Assembly (NCBI GenBank): GCA_003221005.1
Contig: QHTZ01000081.1
Span: 48,866-112,865, forward strand
From: Gemmatimonadota bacterium
Lineage (GTDB): Bacteria; Gemmatimonadota; Gemmatimonadetes; Gemmatimonadales; GWC2-71-9
Length of the DNA stretch: 64,000 nt
Direction: 5' to 3'
Shown: positions 46,381 through 55,744 of the stretch, in pieces
Position numbering within the stretch: the first letter of the stretch is position 1
Layout of the letters: every line of letters starts with the position of its first letter
The notes under the pieces: model-generated
What the model was told of the DNA's origin: nothing
What the model saw: the letters and a program-made list of their open reading frames with translations, nothing else
Databases searched by the model: none
Program-made: the position numbers and the translations under genes

Positions 46381-46775
46381 CAGTCGAACAGCTCGTTCTG
46401 TTCCACGGTCTCCGGGACGTGCGGGGCGCGGAGGATCTCGCCCAGTCGCTGCTCCCACTTCTCCACGTCGAAATGATGCTCGTTCAGCAGGGCCCGCCGC
46501 AGCACGGGAGAGAACTCGTGGAACGCGGTGAGCAGCTCGGTCACGGCCTCGCGCAGCGCCTCCGCCTGGAAGCCGCCTTCGGTGGCGCCCATGTCCTCCA
46601 GGATGCTCTGCTCGGTGCGCGACGCGACGATCGGCTCGCCGCGTCCCTGCACGAACACGTTGGTGCGGCGCCGGGGCCCGCGCTCCTCCTCGATCGGCAT
46701 CAGCCCGACAATGCCGTCTGAGCGCCAGTACTTGCCGTAGCCGAGAAAGACCATCCGGTCGCGCTTGATCTCCAT
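46380..46775 (-). CDS. Hypothetical protein (weak RemA/DUF370-like resemblance)
   Basis: ATG 46775 with GGAGG RBS; VFLGYGKYWRSDGIVGL...RTNVFV...IVASRT. Confidence 0.75.
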   Translation of the reverse strand: MEIKRDRMVFLGYGKYWRSDGIVGLMPIEEERGPRRRTNVFVQGRGEPIVASRTEQSILEDMGATEGGFQAEALREAVTELLTAFHEFSPVLRRALLNEHHFDVEKWEQRLGEILRAPHVPETVEQNELFD

Positions 46776-46861
46776 GGTGCCTCCGGAACGTCGGGGCTCA
46801 TGCGTCGCTCGCGGCCCGTCGTAGGCGTCGCGGAACCAGGCGAGCAGCCGCCGCAGGGCGT

Positions 46862-47860
46862 TCAGGGCTTCCGCCGTTTCAGCACGTCGTCCACGACGAC
46901 CCGGTCGATCTTGCCGTCCATCCGCACGCGCACGTCGTAATTCTCCCAGTACATGAAGTTGGCGAGCGCGTTCAGGAACTTCTGGTTCGCGACGCCCTGG
47001 GGTGCGTCGAGCCACTTCTGCGCCTGGCCCGGCGGCTCGCGCAACAGGATCGGCTCCAGCTGCCGCACGATGGTCGGCGTGATCGGCACGAGGTCCTCGG
47101 GCCGGCTGGTGAAGAAGTAAAGCTGGTGCAGCCGGTACAGCCGCGCGAGCTCGCGCAGGGGATTGGTGTCGTCGTAGACGCGGATGTCGATGTAGCGGTC
47201 GTTCAGGCCGAGGTAGCCGCCGTTCTTGCGCGCCACGAGCAGCGCCGCCGACTCCATCCCCCGCCGGTCTCCGCCCCCCGCCTGCCCGGCGACGAGCGCC
47301 GCCATCAGGCGGTCCGCGAGCGAGCCCGTGGCGCGCTGGAAGCCCTCGGCCATGTTCTTCACCGTCTGGTCGGAGACCATGATGTTGGCTTGTGCCGCGA
47401 AATCGCGGCCGACAACGAGCGCGCCCTTCCCCCCCATCCGCCCGTCCGCCGGTCCGCCCGTCCGGCCTCCGGCCCAGTCGAAGCACGAGTCCCCCGTCCA
47501 GCTCGCCGCGTTGCCATGCGCGTCCACCATCCCCACCTGGCGCTGTGCCGGGCGGGGATCGCCGCGCATCACAATGCGCAGCGCCTCCGGCGCGCTCGTC
47601 CCCAAGGCCATCAGGGCGAGCCCGTTCTCGCCGTAGTCGGTGTTGCCCAGGGATTGGGTGGCGACGGCGCCGACGGCCGACTTGGCCCACGGGACGATCC
47701 CGCCCACGTTGGGAAACTTCGATTGCACGGCGACGCCCAAGTCCCCCGTCGCGGAGTCGTAGGCGACGATGCTGTAGGTGTGCGCGCGCTTGAGCAGGTC
47801 GGCGGGGGCGAGGGGCGTGGGAGACTGTTGCAACGCGAGTGCGGCGAGCAAGAGGAGCAT
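46862..47860 (-). CDS. DUF1028 Ntn-hydrolase-like exported protein
   Basis: HTYSIVAYD, GVAVQS, GAVATQS, RQVGMVD, GGDRRG, DIRV.D. Confidence 0.88.
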   Translation of the reverse strand: MLLLLAALALQQSPTPLAPADLLKRAHTYSIVAYDSATGDLGVAVQSKFPNVGGIVPWAKSAVGAVATQSLGNTDYGENGLALMALGTSAPEALRIVMRGDPRPAQRQVGMVDAHGNAASWTGDSCFDWAGGRTGGPADGRMGGKGALVVGRDFAAQANIMVSDQTVKNMAEGFQRATGSLADRLMAALVAGQAGGGDRRGMESAALLVARKNGGYLGLNDRYIDIRVYDDTNPLRELARLYRLHQLYFFTSRPEDLVPITPTIVRQLEPILLREPPGQAQKWLDAPQGVANQKFLNALANFMYWENYDVRVRMDGKIDRVVVDDVLKRRKP

Positions 47861-47862
47861 CG

Positions 47863-48432
47863 CTACTCCTTCTTCATCCGCTTCTTGATCTCCCTGAGCT
47901 GTCGCTCTGCGGCTGCCTCCCGCGTCGCGCGATCGAGGTCGTCCTTGAGCCCAGCGTCCGAGGGATCCACCCCGGGCCGGACCCCGCCCGCCTGCTGCAG
48001 GTCGCGCCAGGCGCGCTCGGCGCTGCGCTCGGCCTCGGTCACCGGCCGGTCGCGCTCGGCACGGCCGAGCTGCGCCTGCATCTCAGCGAGCTCCCGCTCC
48101 GCCAGCGCGACCTCGTCGCGCTGCGCCGCGAGCTTGCGCTCGAGCACCCGCACCCGCTCGCCGTGTTTGGTCGCGAAGCGCTGCGCCACGTCCGCCGTCT
48201 CCTGATCCTGAATCTCTGCCGCGAGCCGACCGCGCCGCTCGGCGTCGACCAGCCGCTGCCGCTCCGCCTGAAGCTCGCGCTCGGTGCGGCCGAGGGCATC
48301 GCGCAGCTCCTGCACCGCCACCTTCGCTTCGATCACCGCCTCACGCATCTGGCGGGCGAGGTCGCGCAGATCTCCCGCCGGTGTCGCCGCGTCGAGAGCG
48401 GCCCGCAGGGCGTCGCGCAGGCGCTCGAACAC
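47863..48432 (-). CDS. PspA-like coiled-coil protein
   Basis: GTG start MFERLRDAL; coiled coil; ends LREIKKRM. Confidence 0.7.
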   Translation of the reverse strand: MFERLRDALRAALDAATPAGDLRDLARQMREAVIEAKVAVQELRDALGRTERELQAERQRLVDAERRGRLAAEIQDQETADVAQRFATKHGERVRVLERKLAAQRDEVALAERELAEMQAQLGRAERDRPVTEAERSAERAWRDLQQAGGVRPGVDPSDAGLKDDLDRATREAAAERQLREIKKRMKKE

Positions 48433-48437
48433 ACGCG

Positions 48438-48602
48438 CTAACTCTTGCGGACCGTCTTCGCGAAGAACGCCGAGTACACCTGCTCGACCGCTCGCGACTT
48501 GCACTTCGGGCACGCCGGCCGGCGCCGCCCGTGCGCGGCGATCGGCTCCGCGTGGCTGAAACGCGTGCGACACTTGGTGCAGCGGTACTCGTAGATGGGC
48601 AT
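48438..48602 (-). CDS. FmdB-family zinc-ribbon protein (54 aa)
   Basis: MPIYEYRCTKC...CPKCKS; below the ORF-track cutoff. Confidence 0.88.
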   Translation of the reverse strand: MPIYEYRCTKCRTRFSHAEPIAAHGRRRPACPKCKSRAVEQVYSAFFAKTVRKS

Positions 48603-48611
48603 GGCGAGTCA

Positions 48612-48669
48612 ACGTTATTTGCGGCCGAATCAGCGGTCAAGTTGACGGCGCGCCCGCTCCGTCCAGATT
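48612..48669. promoter_or_regulatory. Back-to-back divergent sigma70-like promoters
   Basis: Minus strand: TTGACC-17-TAACGT. Plus strand: TTGACG-16-CAGATT. Both lie close to their ATGs. Confidence 0.45.
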
Positions 48670-48675
48670 GCTGGC

Positions 48676-49179
48676 ATGCGACGGCGCGCCTTCGCCGCAC
48701 TCCTCGCTCTCGTCCTTAACGTCGCCTGCAACGGCGGCTTAGAGCCGATCCCCGTCTGCGCCAAGGGATTCGTCGGGATCTGCGGCACTGTGACGTTCCA
48801 GGGCACGGAGCCCGACAGCACCCAGGCCGTCTACATCGTCGCGTACCACACGTTCCCTCACTCGCGCGACAGCCTGTTCACATTCCAGCCGTCGCTGCTC
48901 CTGCTGCAGAAGCTGCCGCTTGACAGCAGCGCCGCGTTCTACGCTGTCTCCCTCCCGGCCGGACGCTACGAATGGGTTGTGGCGGTTTGGGTGAAGCAAG
49001 GATTCACCCTCGAGAACGCGGACTCGACCCTGCGCGAAACGGGCTACTATCGTGATCCCGCCGACGCGAGCCAGCCGGGGGTCGTGAACGTCTCCGCGCA
49101 AACCGAAGGGATCGACTTCGTGATCGATTTCGGGCGGATGCACCGTCCGTGCAGCTATTACACGCCGCCGTGCCCTTGA
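48676..49179 (+). CDS. Hypothetical lipoprotein
   Basis: Lipobox NVAC; beta-sandwich-like sequence. Confidence 0.75.
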   Translation: MRRRAFAALLALVLNVACNGGLEPIPVCAKGFVGICGTVTFQGTEPDSTQAVYIVAYHTFPHSRDSLFTFQPSLLLLQKLPLDSSAAFYAVSLPAGRYEWVVAVWVKQGFTLENADSTLRETGYYRDPADASQPGVVNVSAQTEGIDFVIDFGRMHRPCSYYTPPCP

Positions 49180-51383
49180 AGCGACTCCTCATGCTCACCT
49201 CGCTCGCGGTCGCGCCCATCGGCGCGGAAGCGCAGCAGACCGCGGTCGTGCGCGGTACCGTGCGTGACGCCGCCACCGGCCAAGCCCTCGAGGACGCCCG
49301 CGTCGGCGCCCAAGGCAGCGCACACACCGTCGCCACCGACGCGGCTGGTCGCTACACGCTCACCGGCATCGCCGCGGGCCAGGTCGTGGTGCGCGTGCAG
49401 CGGTTCGGGTATCGCGCGGCGGCTGACACACTCACGCTCGCGCCCGGGGATTCCGTCGCCGCCGACTTTGCGTTGCGGCCGAGCGCGCTCCATATGGAGC
49501 CCGTCGTCGTGACGGCCGGGAAGCGCTCGCAGCTTCTCGACCAGGTCGTCACCAGCGTGGCGCTCGTGCAGGACAGCGAGCTCGCGCGCCGCGCCGTGAA
49601 CACCGTGGACGAAGCGGTGGACAAGGCGCCCGGCGTGCAGTTCCTGAACGGCCAGGTCAACATCCGCGGCTCGACCGGCTACGTGCAGGGTCTGGGTGCG
49701 CGCGTGCTCCTGCTGGTGGACGGCGTGCCCGCGAACCAGGGCGATCGCGGCGGCATCAACTGGGACATGCTCCCGGTAGATCAGGTCGAGCGCGTGGAGA
49801 TCGTGAAGGGGGCCGGCTCGGCCCTGTACGGCTCCGCCGCGCTCGGCGGTGTGGTCAACTTGATCACGCGCGACATCCCTACGGGGCTGCACGCCCGTGT
49901 CCGCACCACGGGGGGCTACTACGCCAATCCCCCGGACACGATCTGGCGGTTCCGCGACTACATCGGCGCCCAGGAGGGACTGGACGTGACCGGCTCGTAC
50001 GGCGGCGACGCCGTGCGGGCCAGCCTCACCGCCGGCGGCCGGCACTCCGACGGCTACCGCGAGCAGGACCGGAGCGACTACTGGGAGGTGGTGGGCAAGG
50101 GTGAATGGCTGCCGTCTGCCACCAGCCATCTGCATCTCATCGGCTCGTGGGCGAGCAATCAGTACCAAGCCCCGTTGCTCTGGTGCGAGCACGGCCAGTG
50201 CGACGACCGGGGGCAGTCCTACCAACCATTCATGATCGACAGGTCGCAGGCAGGAGCGCATACGCGCTCCGACAAGGGGCTGTTCGCCGCGACGCTCGAG
50301 CACACCGTATCGCCGCGAGAGTCGTGGCTGGCGCGCGGCTCCTGGCTGCGAACCGACTTCACCGACTTCCGCAGCCCGACGACGGATTTCGGCGTGGCCA
50401 ACCGCTACGGCGCCGAGATGCGCGGCCTGGTGCGCCCGACGGCGGGCCGCGTCGTCACCGTGGGCGCGGAGGGCGCGCTGTCCGACGTAACGAGCAACAT
50501 CTTTCACGATCACGGGCAGGACGAGTTCGCAGCCTACGCGGAAAGCGAGCAGCGGCTCGGGTCAGCGCGGATGACCGCGGGTGCCCGCGTCGACTACATC
50601 GCGGTGGACGGCGGCGGCCTGAGTGCCGTCGTGAGCCCGCGCGTGGGGCTGGTGCTGCCGGGGGCCGGGGGAACGCTGTTCTGGCGCGTCTCCGCCGGAC
50701 GCGGCTTCCGCGCGCCGTCGCTGGCAGAGCAGTTCGTGGAGACAGCGCTCGGCCCGTTCACCGTCGCCCCCAATCCCAGTCTCGGACCCGAGACAGCCTG
50801 GTCGTTGGAGGTCGGCAACGCCGCCCAGTTCGGGACCATGGTACGCACCGACGCGGCGCTGTTCTGGACCGAAGCGAGCGACCTGATCGAGCCGACCATC
50901 CAGCTGACCGTGGATCCCGCCACGGGTGCCACCACTCAGCAGATCCAGTTTCAGAACCTCCAGCGCGCGCGCCTCGCAGGACTCGACGTCGCCCTCTACG
51001 CCTTCCCCTTCACGCCTCACCTTTCGACGTCATTGGCCTACACGTTGCTCTACACGCGTGAATTCGCTCACGACACCGTGCCCGCCCAGCCCCTCGCCTT
51101 CCGGCCCAGGCATCTCCTCACCCTGGCCGCCGACTACGCCTGGGGCGGATTCAACCTCGGCGCGGACTTTCGCTACACGAGCCGCTTCGAGCGGGTCGAG
51201 CTCTATCCCCCGACCGACCCTCAGGTGGCGCCCAAGGTCCTCGACCTGCGCGCGGGATACCAGCGCGATGCCCTCAGCGTGCGGCTCCTCGTCGCGAACG
51301 CCCTAAACTACCTGTACAACCTCGCGCCGCAGACGCTCGCCCCGGTGCGCACCGTCACCATGACGCTCACCTGGACGTATTAA
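49176..51383 (+). CDS. TonB-dependent receptor with N-terminal carboxypeptidase-regulatory-like domain
   Basis: VVVTA TonB-box region, NIRG, LLVDGVP, ERVEIVKGAGSALYG..ALGGVVN, GFRAPS, terminal aromatic residue. Confidence 0.93.
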   Translation: MKRLLMLTSLAVAPIGAEAQQTAVVRGTVRDAATGQALEDARVGAQGSAHTVATDAAGRYTLTGIAAGQVVVRVQRFGYRAAADTLTLAPGDSVAADFALRPSALHMEPVVVTAGKRSQLLDQVVTSVALVQDSELARRAVNTVDEAVDKAPGVQFLNGQVNIRGSTGYVQGLGARVLLLVDGVPANQGDRGGINWDMLPVDQVERVEIVKGAGSALYGSAALGGVVNLITRDIPTGLHARVRTTGGYYANPPDTIWRFRDYIGAQEGLDVTGSYGGDAVRASLTAGGRHSDGYREQDRSDYWEVVGKGEWLPSATSHLHLIGSWASNQYQAPLLWCEHGQCDDRGQSYQPFMIDRSQAGAHTRSDKGLFAATLEHTVSPRESWLARGSWLRTDFTDFRSPTTDFGVANRYGAEMRGLVRPTAGRVVTVGAEGALSDVTSNIFHDHGQDEFAAYAESEQRLGSARMTAGARVDYIAVDGGGLSAVVSPRVGLVLPGAGGTLFWRVSAGRGFRAPSLAEQFVETALGPFTVAPNPSLGPETAWSLEVGNAAQFGTMVRTDAALFWTEASDLIEPTIQLTVDPATGATTQQIQFQNLQRARLAGLDVALYAFPFTPHLSTSLAYTLLYTREFAHDTVPAQPLAFRPRHLLTLAADYAWGGFNLGADFRYTSRFERVELYPPTDPQVAPKVLDLRAGYQRDALSVRLLVANALNYLYNLAPQTLAPVRTVTMTLTWTY

Positions 51384-51392
51384 ATTGGTCGC

Positions 51393-51899
51393 ATGCCGCC
51401 GCCCCGGGTGAGCGCGAGCGCCGTGGCAGTGCTGTGGGTGGTCGCCCTGGCGCGCTGCGCCGGCGACCGCTCGCGACCCACCTGCGGGATCGCGCAGCTG
51501 GTCGGGCCTGCCATGGTGCAGCAGCGGATGACCAATGTCGTCTACCTGCTCGCCGACGCGCCGCGCGGGCTGCCGGGTTCGCTCCCGGCGCGCGTCGTGG
51601 GACAGGCACAGCAGGGTGAGGTGCTGGTCGCGTACGACAAGACGCAGCTGCTGATGGGCTACCAGGGTCCCGCGTTCCCGGCCAGCCCCGGCGGCTACGG
51701 GGTGCTGGTGGTGGACGACTCGACGCAGCGCGCCGAGGGCGTGATCCTGTACGAGCCCGAGGCGCCGAAGTCGCTCCCCCAGCTCGGAGCCGTCACGGGA
51801 ACCGACCGCAGCGTTCCCCTCTTCGGGGTGCGGGTGGATTGGGGTGGCGTGAGCAACCCGCGCTGCCCGCTACTCGGGCCCGCCCCGGTGACGCGATGA
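51393..51899 (+). CDS. Hypothetical exported protein
   Basis: Signal/lipoprotein-like N-terminus; coupled to the next gene by ATGA. Confidence 0.7.
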   Translation: MPPPRVSASAVAVLWVVALARCAGDRSRPTCGIAQLVGPAMVQQRMTNVVYLLADAPRGLPGSLPARVVGQAQQGEVLVAYDKTQLLMGYQGPAFPASPGGYGVLVVDDSTQRAEGVILYEPEAPKSLPQLGAVTGTDRSVPLFGVRVDWGGVSNPRCPLLGPAPVTR

Positions 51900-52582
51900 G
51901 CAAGGTGGTAGCGGTGACTGCGGGCCGGCGGACCCACGAGGGTCGCGAGCGCGTCGTCCTGAACACCGCGTACGCCACCGCACTGGTCCGCGCCGGGCTC
52001 GTGCCGCTCGTCGTGCCGCCGCTGCTCGATCCCGCGAGCGGCACCGCAGTGCTCGACCACGTCGCCGGCCTCGTCCTCACGGGAGGGCATGACGTGGACC
52101 CCGCCCGCTACCATGCAGCGCCCCATCCCAAGCTCGAGCCGACCGACGCCGCGCGGGACGCCGTGGAGGTGGCCCTGATCGCCGCGGCGCGGGAGCGGCA
52201 GCTCCCGATCCTCGCCATCTGTCGCGGGATCCAGATTCTCAACGTGGCGCTCGGCGGCACGTTGTATCAGGACCTCCCGAGCGAGCGACCCGGTCCGATC
52301 GACCACGCCGACGAGAGCGGACGCCACAGCCTCCGGGTCGAGCCCGATTCGCTGCTGCACCGCACGCTGCGCACGCGCCAGGCGTCGGTGAACAGCCGGC
52401 ATCATCAGGCGATCCGCGAGCTCGCTCCCCCGCTGCGCGCCACTGCGTGGGCCGAGGACGGCGTGATCGAAGGAGTCGAGTGGGCGAACGGCCGCGGGTC
52501 GTGGATGCTGGCGGTGCAGTGGCACCCGGAGGACGAGGTGGAAGGCGCCCTGTTCGCGGGCCTGGCCGCCGCGCTGCGATGA
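51896..52582 (+). CDS. Gamma-glutamyl-gamma-aminobutyrate hydrolase family (peptidase C26, PuuD-like)
   Basis: LTGGHDVDP, ICRGIQ, VNSRHHQA, VQWHPE. Confidence 0.9.
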   Translation: MSKVVAVTAGRRTHEGRERVVLNTAYATALVRAGLVPLVVPPLLDPASGTAVLDHVAGLVLTGGHDVDPARYHAAPHPKLEPTDAARDAVEVALIAAARERQLPILAICRGIQILNVALGGTLYQDLPSERPGPIDHADESGRHSLRVEPDSLLHRTLRTRQASVNSRHHQAIRELAPPLRATAWAEDGVIEGVEWANGRGSWMLAVQWHPEDEVEGALFAGLAAALR

Positions 52583-53001
52583 CGCTCTCGTTCCCCTCGC
52601 CGGAGTGGGCCACCGCGTGCGAGCAGGCGGTCAACGCGAGCGACGCGTACCGCCAGGCGGCCGCGACGTGGACTCACGGTGCCGTGGCCTTGGTGGTGAA
52701 TGCGCGCCCCGAGATCGGGCTCCCCAACCCCGTGGGGATCTGGCTCGATCTCGAGCGTGGTGTATGCCGCGGGGCGAAGATCGTATCGCAGCCGGAGGCG
52801 CAGCGCGCGCCATTCGTGCTCACAGCCGACTACGCCCGCTGGAAGCAGGTGATTCGCAAGGAGCTCGGGCCGATTGCGGGGATCATGCAGCGCAAGATCC
52901 TGCTCCAGGGCTCGCTGCCGATCATGGTGCGGTTCCTCAAGGCTGCCGAGCTGCTGGTGGAGGCGACGACGCAGGTGCCGACGAGGTTTCTCGATGAGTG
53001 A
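52579..53001 (+). CDS. SCP2 sterol/lipid-binding domain protein
   Basis: FPSPEW...Y..AA.TW, LDL..G.C, KILLQG. Confidence 0.8.
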   Translation: MTLSFPSPEWATACEQAVNASDAYRQAAATWTHGAVALVVNARPEIGLPNPVGIWLDLERGVCRGAKIVSQPEAQRAPFVLTADYARWKQVIRKELGPIAGIMQRKILLQGSLPIMVRFLKAAELLVEATTQVPTRFLDE

Positions 53002-53029
53002 AGCCGTCAACAGCTGAGAGCGACGGCTT
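53001..53029. terminator. Hairpin between convergent genes
   Basis: AAGCCGTC...GACGGCTT. Confidence 0.55.
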
Positions 53030-53735
53030 ACAGTGCTCTCAATATCCGGTCTGGCGTCATGACGTTTGGAAAAAACACCCGGTCGCTCAGGCGGTTGAAC
53101 GCGGCCCGCAGCGCCGGGAAGAGATCCGCAGCCGCGCGAAAGATCGCGGCCATCCCGCAATCCCGCGCCAGCCGGTGCCGCGAAGCGAGGTCGTAGCCGT
53201 GGCGGCCGAGCGCATCGTAGTACGGCAGATCGGGGCCCCCCACGCGGGTGCGGCGAGCGGCCACGTAGTCCGGAAACAGTCCCGCGAGCCACAGGCTGTA
53301 GTTGCCGAGGTGCGTTTGCAGCAGGAAGCCCCGCTCCCCCGCCCCGTCCTGCTCGGCGAGGTCCGCGACGATGTCCACGAGATAGTCGTAGGACTCGTCG
53401 TCAGTGCGGCGGACCCGGCGGTGGCGGCCGTGATCCCCGAACTCGAGCAGCAGCGCGGCGAGGTAGTCCGCGAGCGCGCGGTCGTCCACGCCGCCGGCGA
53501 GCAGCGTGTGCCGCACAGCAGCATAGGTGAAGAGCGGTGCTGAGGGCACGACGAGGGAGCGCACGGCGAGGAGCGCCGGGAGCAGCTGGGGATCGTCGAG
53601 CAGGGCGTCCGGCCCCTCCTCGACGAGCAAGCGCTCGTAGCGCGCGCGTCGCGCCGGATCACCGCGACCCAGCGCCAGCGCCGCGAGGCGGAAATCGGCG
53701 GCCCGCAGCCGGCTGCGCACGTTGGCGAGAATCAT
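53028..53735 (-). CDS. Hypothetical protein (235 aa, helical)
   Basis: ADYLA.LL, YLVD, HLGNYSLWLAGLFPD, YY..G; good coding-like composition. Confidence 0.8.
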   Translation of the reverse strand: MILANVRSRLRAADFRLAALALGRGDPARRARYERLLVEEGPDALLDDPQLLPALLAVRSLVVPSAPLFTYAAVRHTLLAGGVDDRALADYLAALLLEFGDHGRHRRVRRTDDESYDYLVDIVADLAEQDGAGERGFLLQTHLGNYSLWLAGLFPDYVAARRTRVGGPDLPYYDALGRHGYDLASRHRLARDCGMAAIFRAAADLFPALRAAFNRLSDRVFFPNVMTPDRILRAL

Positions 53736-55740
53736 GAGCCATCCTCCCGGCGGGGCGCGTCCCCCGCACCTGAGTCACGAGCTGCTGGGGCGTCTCACCA
53801 CGCTGTCCCAGGAGCTCGCCGGCACCTTCCGGCCCGCGACGGCCGTGGATCTGGTCGCGCGGACCCTCACCGAGCTGTTGGCGCCCGACCGGCTCTCCAT
53901 CGTCCTGCTCGACGCGGTGTCGAACCGCCTCGCCGCCGCCTACGACTCCGGCCCCGAGCCCGCGAACACCGACGATCCCCTGCTGCAGCTCGCGCTGCGG
54001 CGCGGACCGCTGCTGTTCGCGCGCGATGTCGCGACCGCGGCACGCGCCCAGGGCGTCGAGCTCGGCTTGAGCGCTCCCGGGGCCTGGATCGGCGCGCCGC
54101 TCGTGGCCGGCGCACGGCCAGTCGGTGCCGTCTCGCTCACCGCAGAGCGGCCCGATGCGTTCCGCCCCGACGACCTGATGATCGTGCGCGCCGTCGTCGC
54201 GCAGGTCTCGATCGCGCTCGAGAACGCCCGTCTCGTCGAGCTGCTCTCCTCCGCCAAGCGCGAGTGGGAGCAGACAGTCGACGCGATCACGCAGGCCATG
54301 TGCATCATCGACCCGGAGGGCGTGGTACGCCGCGCCAATCGGGTCTTCGCCGACCTGGTGCAGACGCCGGTCACCGCGATTCCGGGCCGTCCCTGGATCG
54401 GCCTGCTCCCTCCAGCCTGGGCTGAAGCGGTCGGCCGCGCCGTGACGGAGCGCACCCCCACCACGGCGGAGCTGCGCTCCGCGGACCGCTCTGTGCTCCT
54501 CACCGCCATCCCGCTGGCCGAGCCAGGAGCGGCGGTTTTGGTGTTCGAGGACCAGACCGCCAAGCGCCGGCTCCAGGAGCAGCTCATACAGTCTGAGAAA
54601 ATGTCCGCGATCGGTCAACTAATCGCCGGCGTGGCGCACGATCTCAACAACCCGCTCGCTTCCGTCGTGGGCTTGTCGGACTTCCTCGCGGAGACGGGCG
54701 AGATCCCGGCGCCCCTCACCGAGCCGCTGCAGGTGATCCGCCAGGAAGCGGAGCGCGCCGCGACGATCGTCAAGAACCTCCTCTCGTTCGCGCGCAGCCA
54801 GGAGGGCGAGCGCCAGGTGCAGCCGATCGGGCCGATTCTCGCGTCCACGCTGGCGCTGCTCCGCAACCAGCTGATGGCTCACAAGGTGGAGGCGACGCTG
54901 CGGGTGGAGGAGGACCTCCCCGACCTCGAGGTCAACGCGAACCAGATCAAACAGGTGTTCGTAAACCTCATCAACAACGCCGCGCAAGCGATCGCGAGCG
55001 TCCAGCGGAGCGGCCGCATCTGGGTCACGGCCCGGCGCTGGCTCGACGGGGTAGCCGTGAGCGTGGCCGACAACGGCCCCGGCATCCCCGATGAGATCGC
55101 CCAGCGCGTGTTCGAGCCGTTCTTCACGACCAAGCGGGAGGGTGAAGGCACAGGCCTGGGGCTCTCGATCTCGCAGGGGATCGTGAAGGAACACGGCGGG
55201 CGCATCACCCTCGACGCGCGGCCGGGCTCCGGGGTGACGTTCACCGTCGAGCTGCCGGGCGGCGCCCAGCCGCGGCCCCCCGCGGCTCCGGCGGACCCCG
55301 TCACCCAGACGCGGTCGCTGCGCGTGCTCGTCGTGGATGACGAGCCCCACATCCTCTACTACATGCGATCGACGCTGGAGAGCTGGGGACACACCGTGGA
55401 GGTGGCGAGCGACGGCGCCTACGCCCTCGAGCGGGCGATCGCCGACCCCTTCGACGTCATCATCTGCGACCTGCGGATGCCCCACCTCGGCGGCCGGGAG
55501 ATGTACCACCGCCTCGCCCAGCAGCACCCCCAGGCTGCCCAACGGATCATCTTCGCGACGGGGGACACGGTGCGCGGTGACACCCTGCACTTCCTCGAGA
55601 GCCTCGGCCGGCCGTACCTCCACAAGCCGTTCACGCTCGCCGAGCTGCGCGGCGTGCTCGACCGCCTGGCCGCCCAAGCCCCACCGGCCCCCCCGCCCCT
55701 CCCACCCCCCGTGCCCCCCTTGCTCTCACACCCCGGCTGA
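53734..55740 (+). CDS. Hybrid sensor kinase GAF-PAS-HisKA-HATPase-REC
   Basis: QSEKM..IG..AGVAHDLNNPL, QVFVNLINNA, DNGPG, PFFTTK..GTGLGL, VVDDE, DLRMP, KPF. Confidence 0.93.
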   Translation: MSHPPGGARPPHLSHELLGRLTTLSQELAGTFRPATAVDLVARTLTELLAPDRLSIVLLDAVSNRLAAAYDSGPEPANTDDPLLQLALRRGPLLFARDVATAARAQGVELGLSAPGAWIGAPLVAGARPVGAVSLTAERPDAFRPDDLMIVRAVVAQVSIALENARLVELLSSAKREWEQTVDAITQAMCIIDPEGVVRRANRVFADLVQTPVTAIPGRPWIGLLPPAWAEAVGRAVTERTPTTAELRSADRSVLLTAIPLAEPGAAVLVFEDQTAKRRLQEQLIQSEKMSAIGQLIAGVAHDLNNPLASVVGLSDFLAETGEIPAPLTEPLQVIRQEAERAATIVKNLLSFARSQEGERQVQPIGPILASTLALLRNQLMAHKVEATLRVEEDLPDLEVNANQIKQVFVNLINNAAQAIASVQRSGRIWVTARRWLDGVAVSVADNGPGIPDEIAQRVFEPFFTTKREGEGTGLGLSISQGIVKEHGGRITLDARPGSGVTFTVELPGGAQPRPPAAPADPVTQTRSLRVLVVDDEPHILYYMRSTLESWGHTVEVASDGAYALERAIADPFDVIICDLRMPHLGGREMYHRLAQQHPQAAQRIIFATGDTVRGDTLHFLESLGRPYLHKPFTLAELRGVLDRLAAQAPPAPPPLPPPVPPLLSHPG

Positions 55741-55744
55741 CCCG

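Noticed and set aside
55680-55720. C-rich run as another micro-array
   Set aside because: No clear period; explained by the Pro-rich kinase tail.
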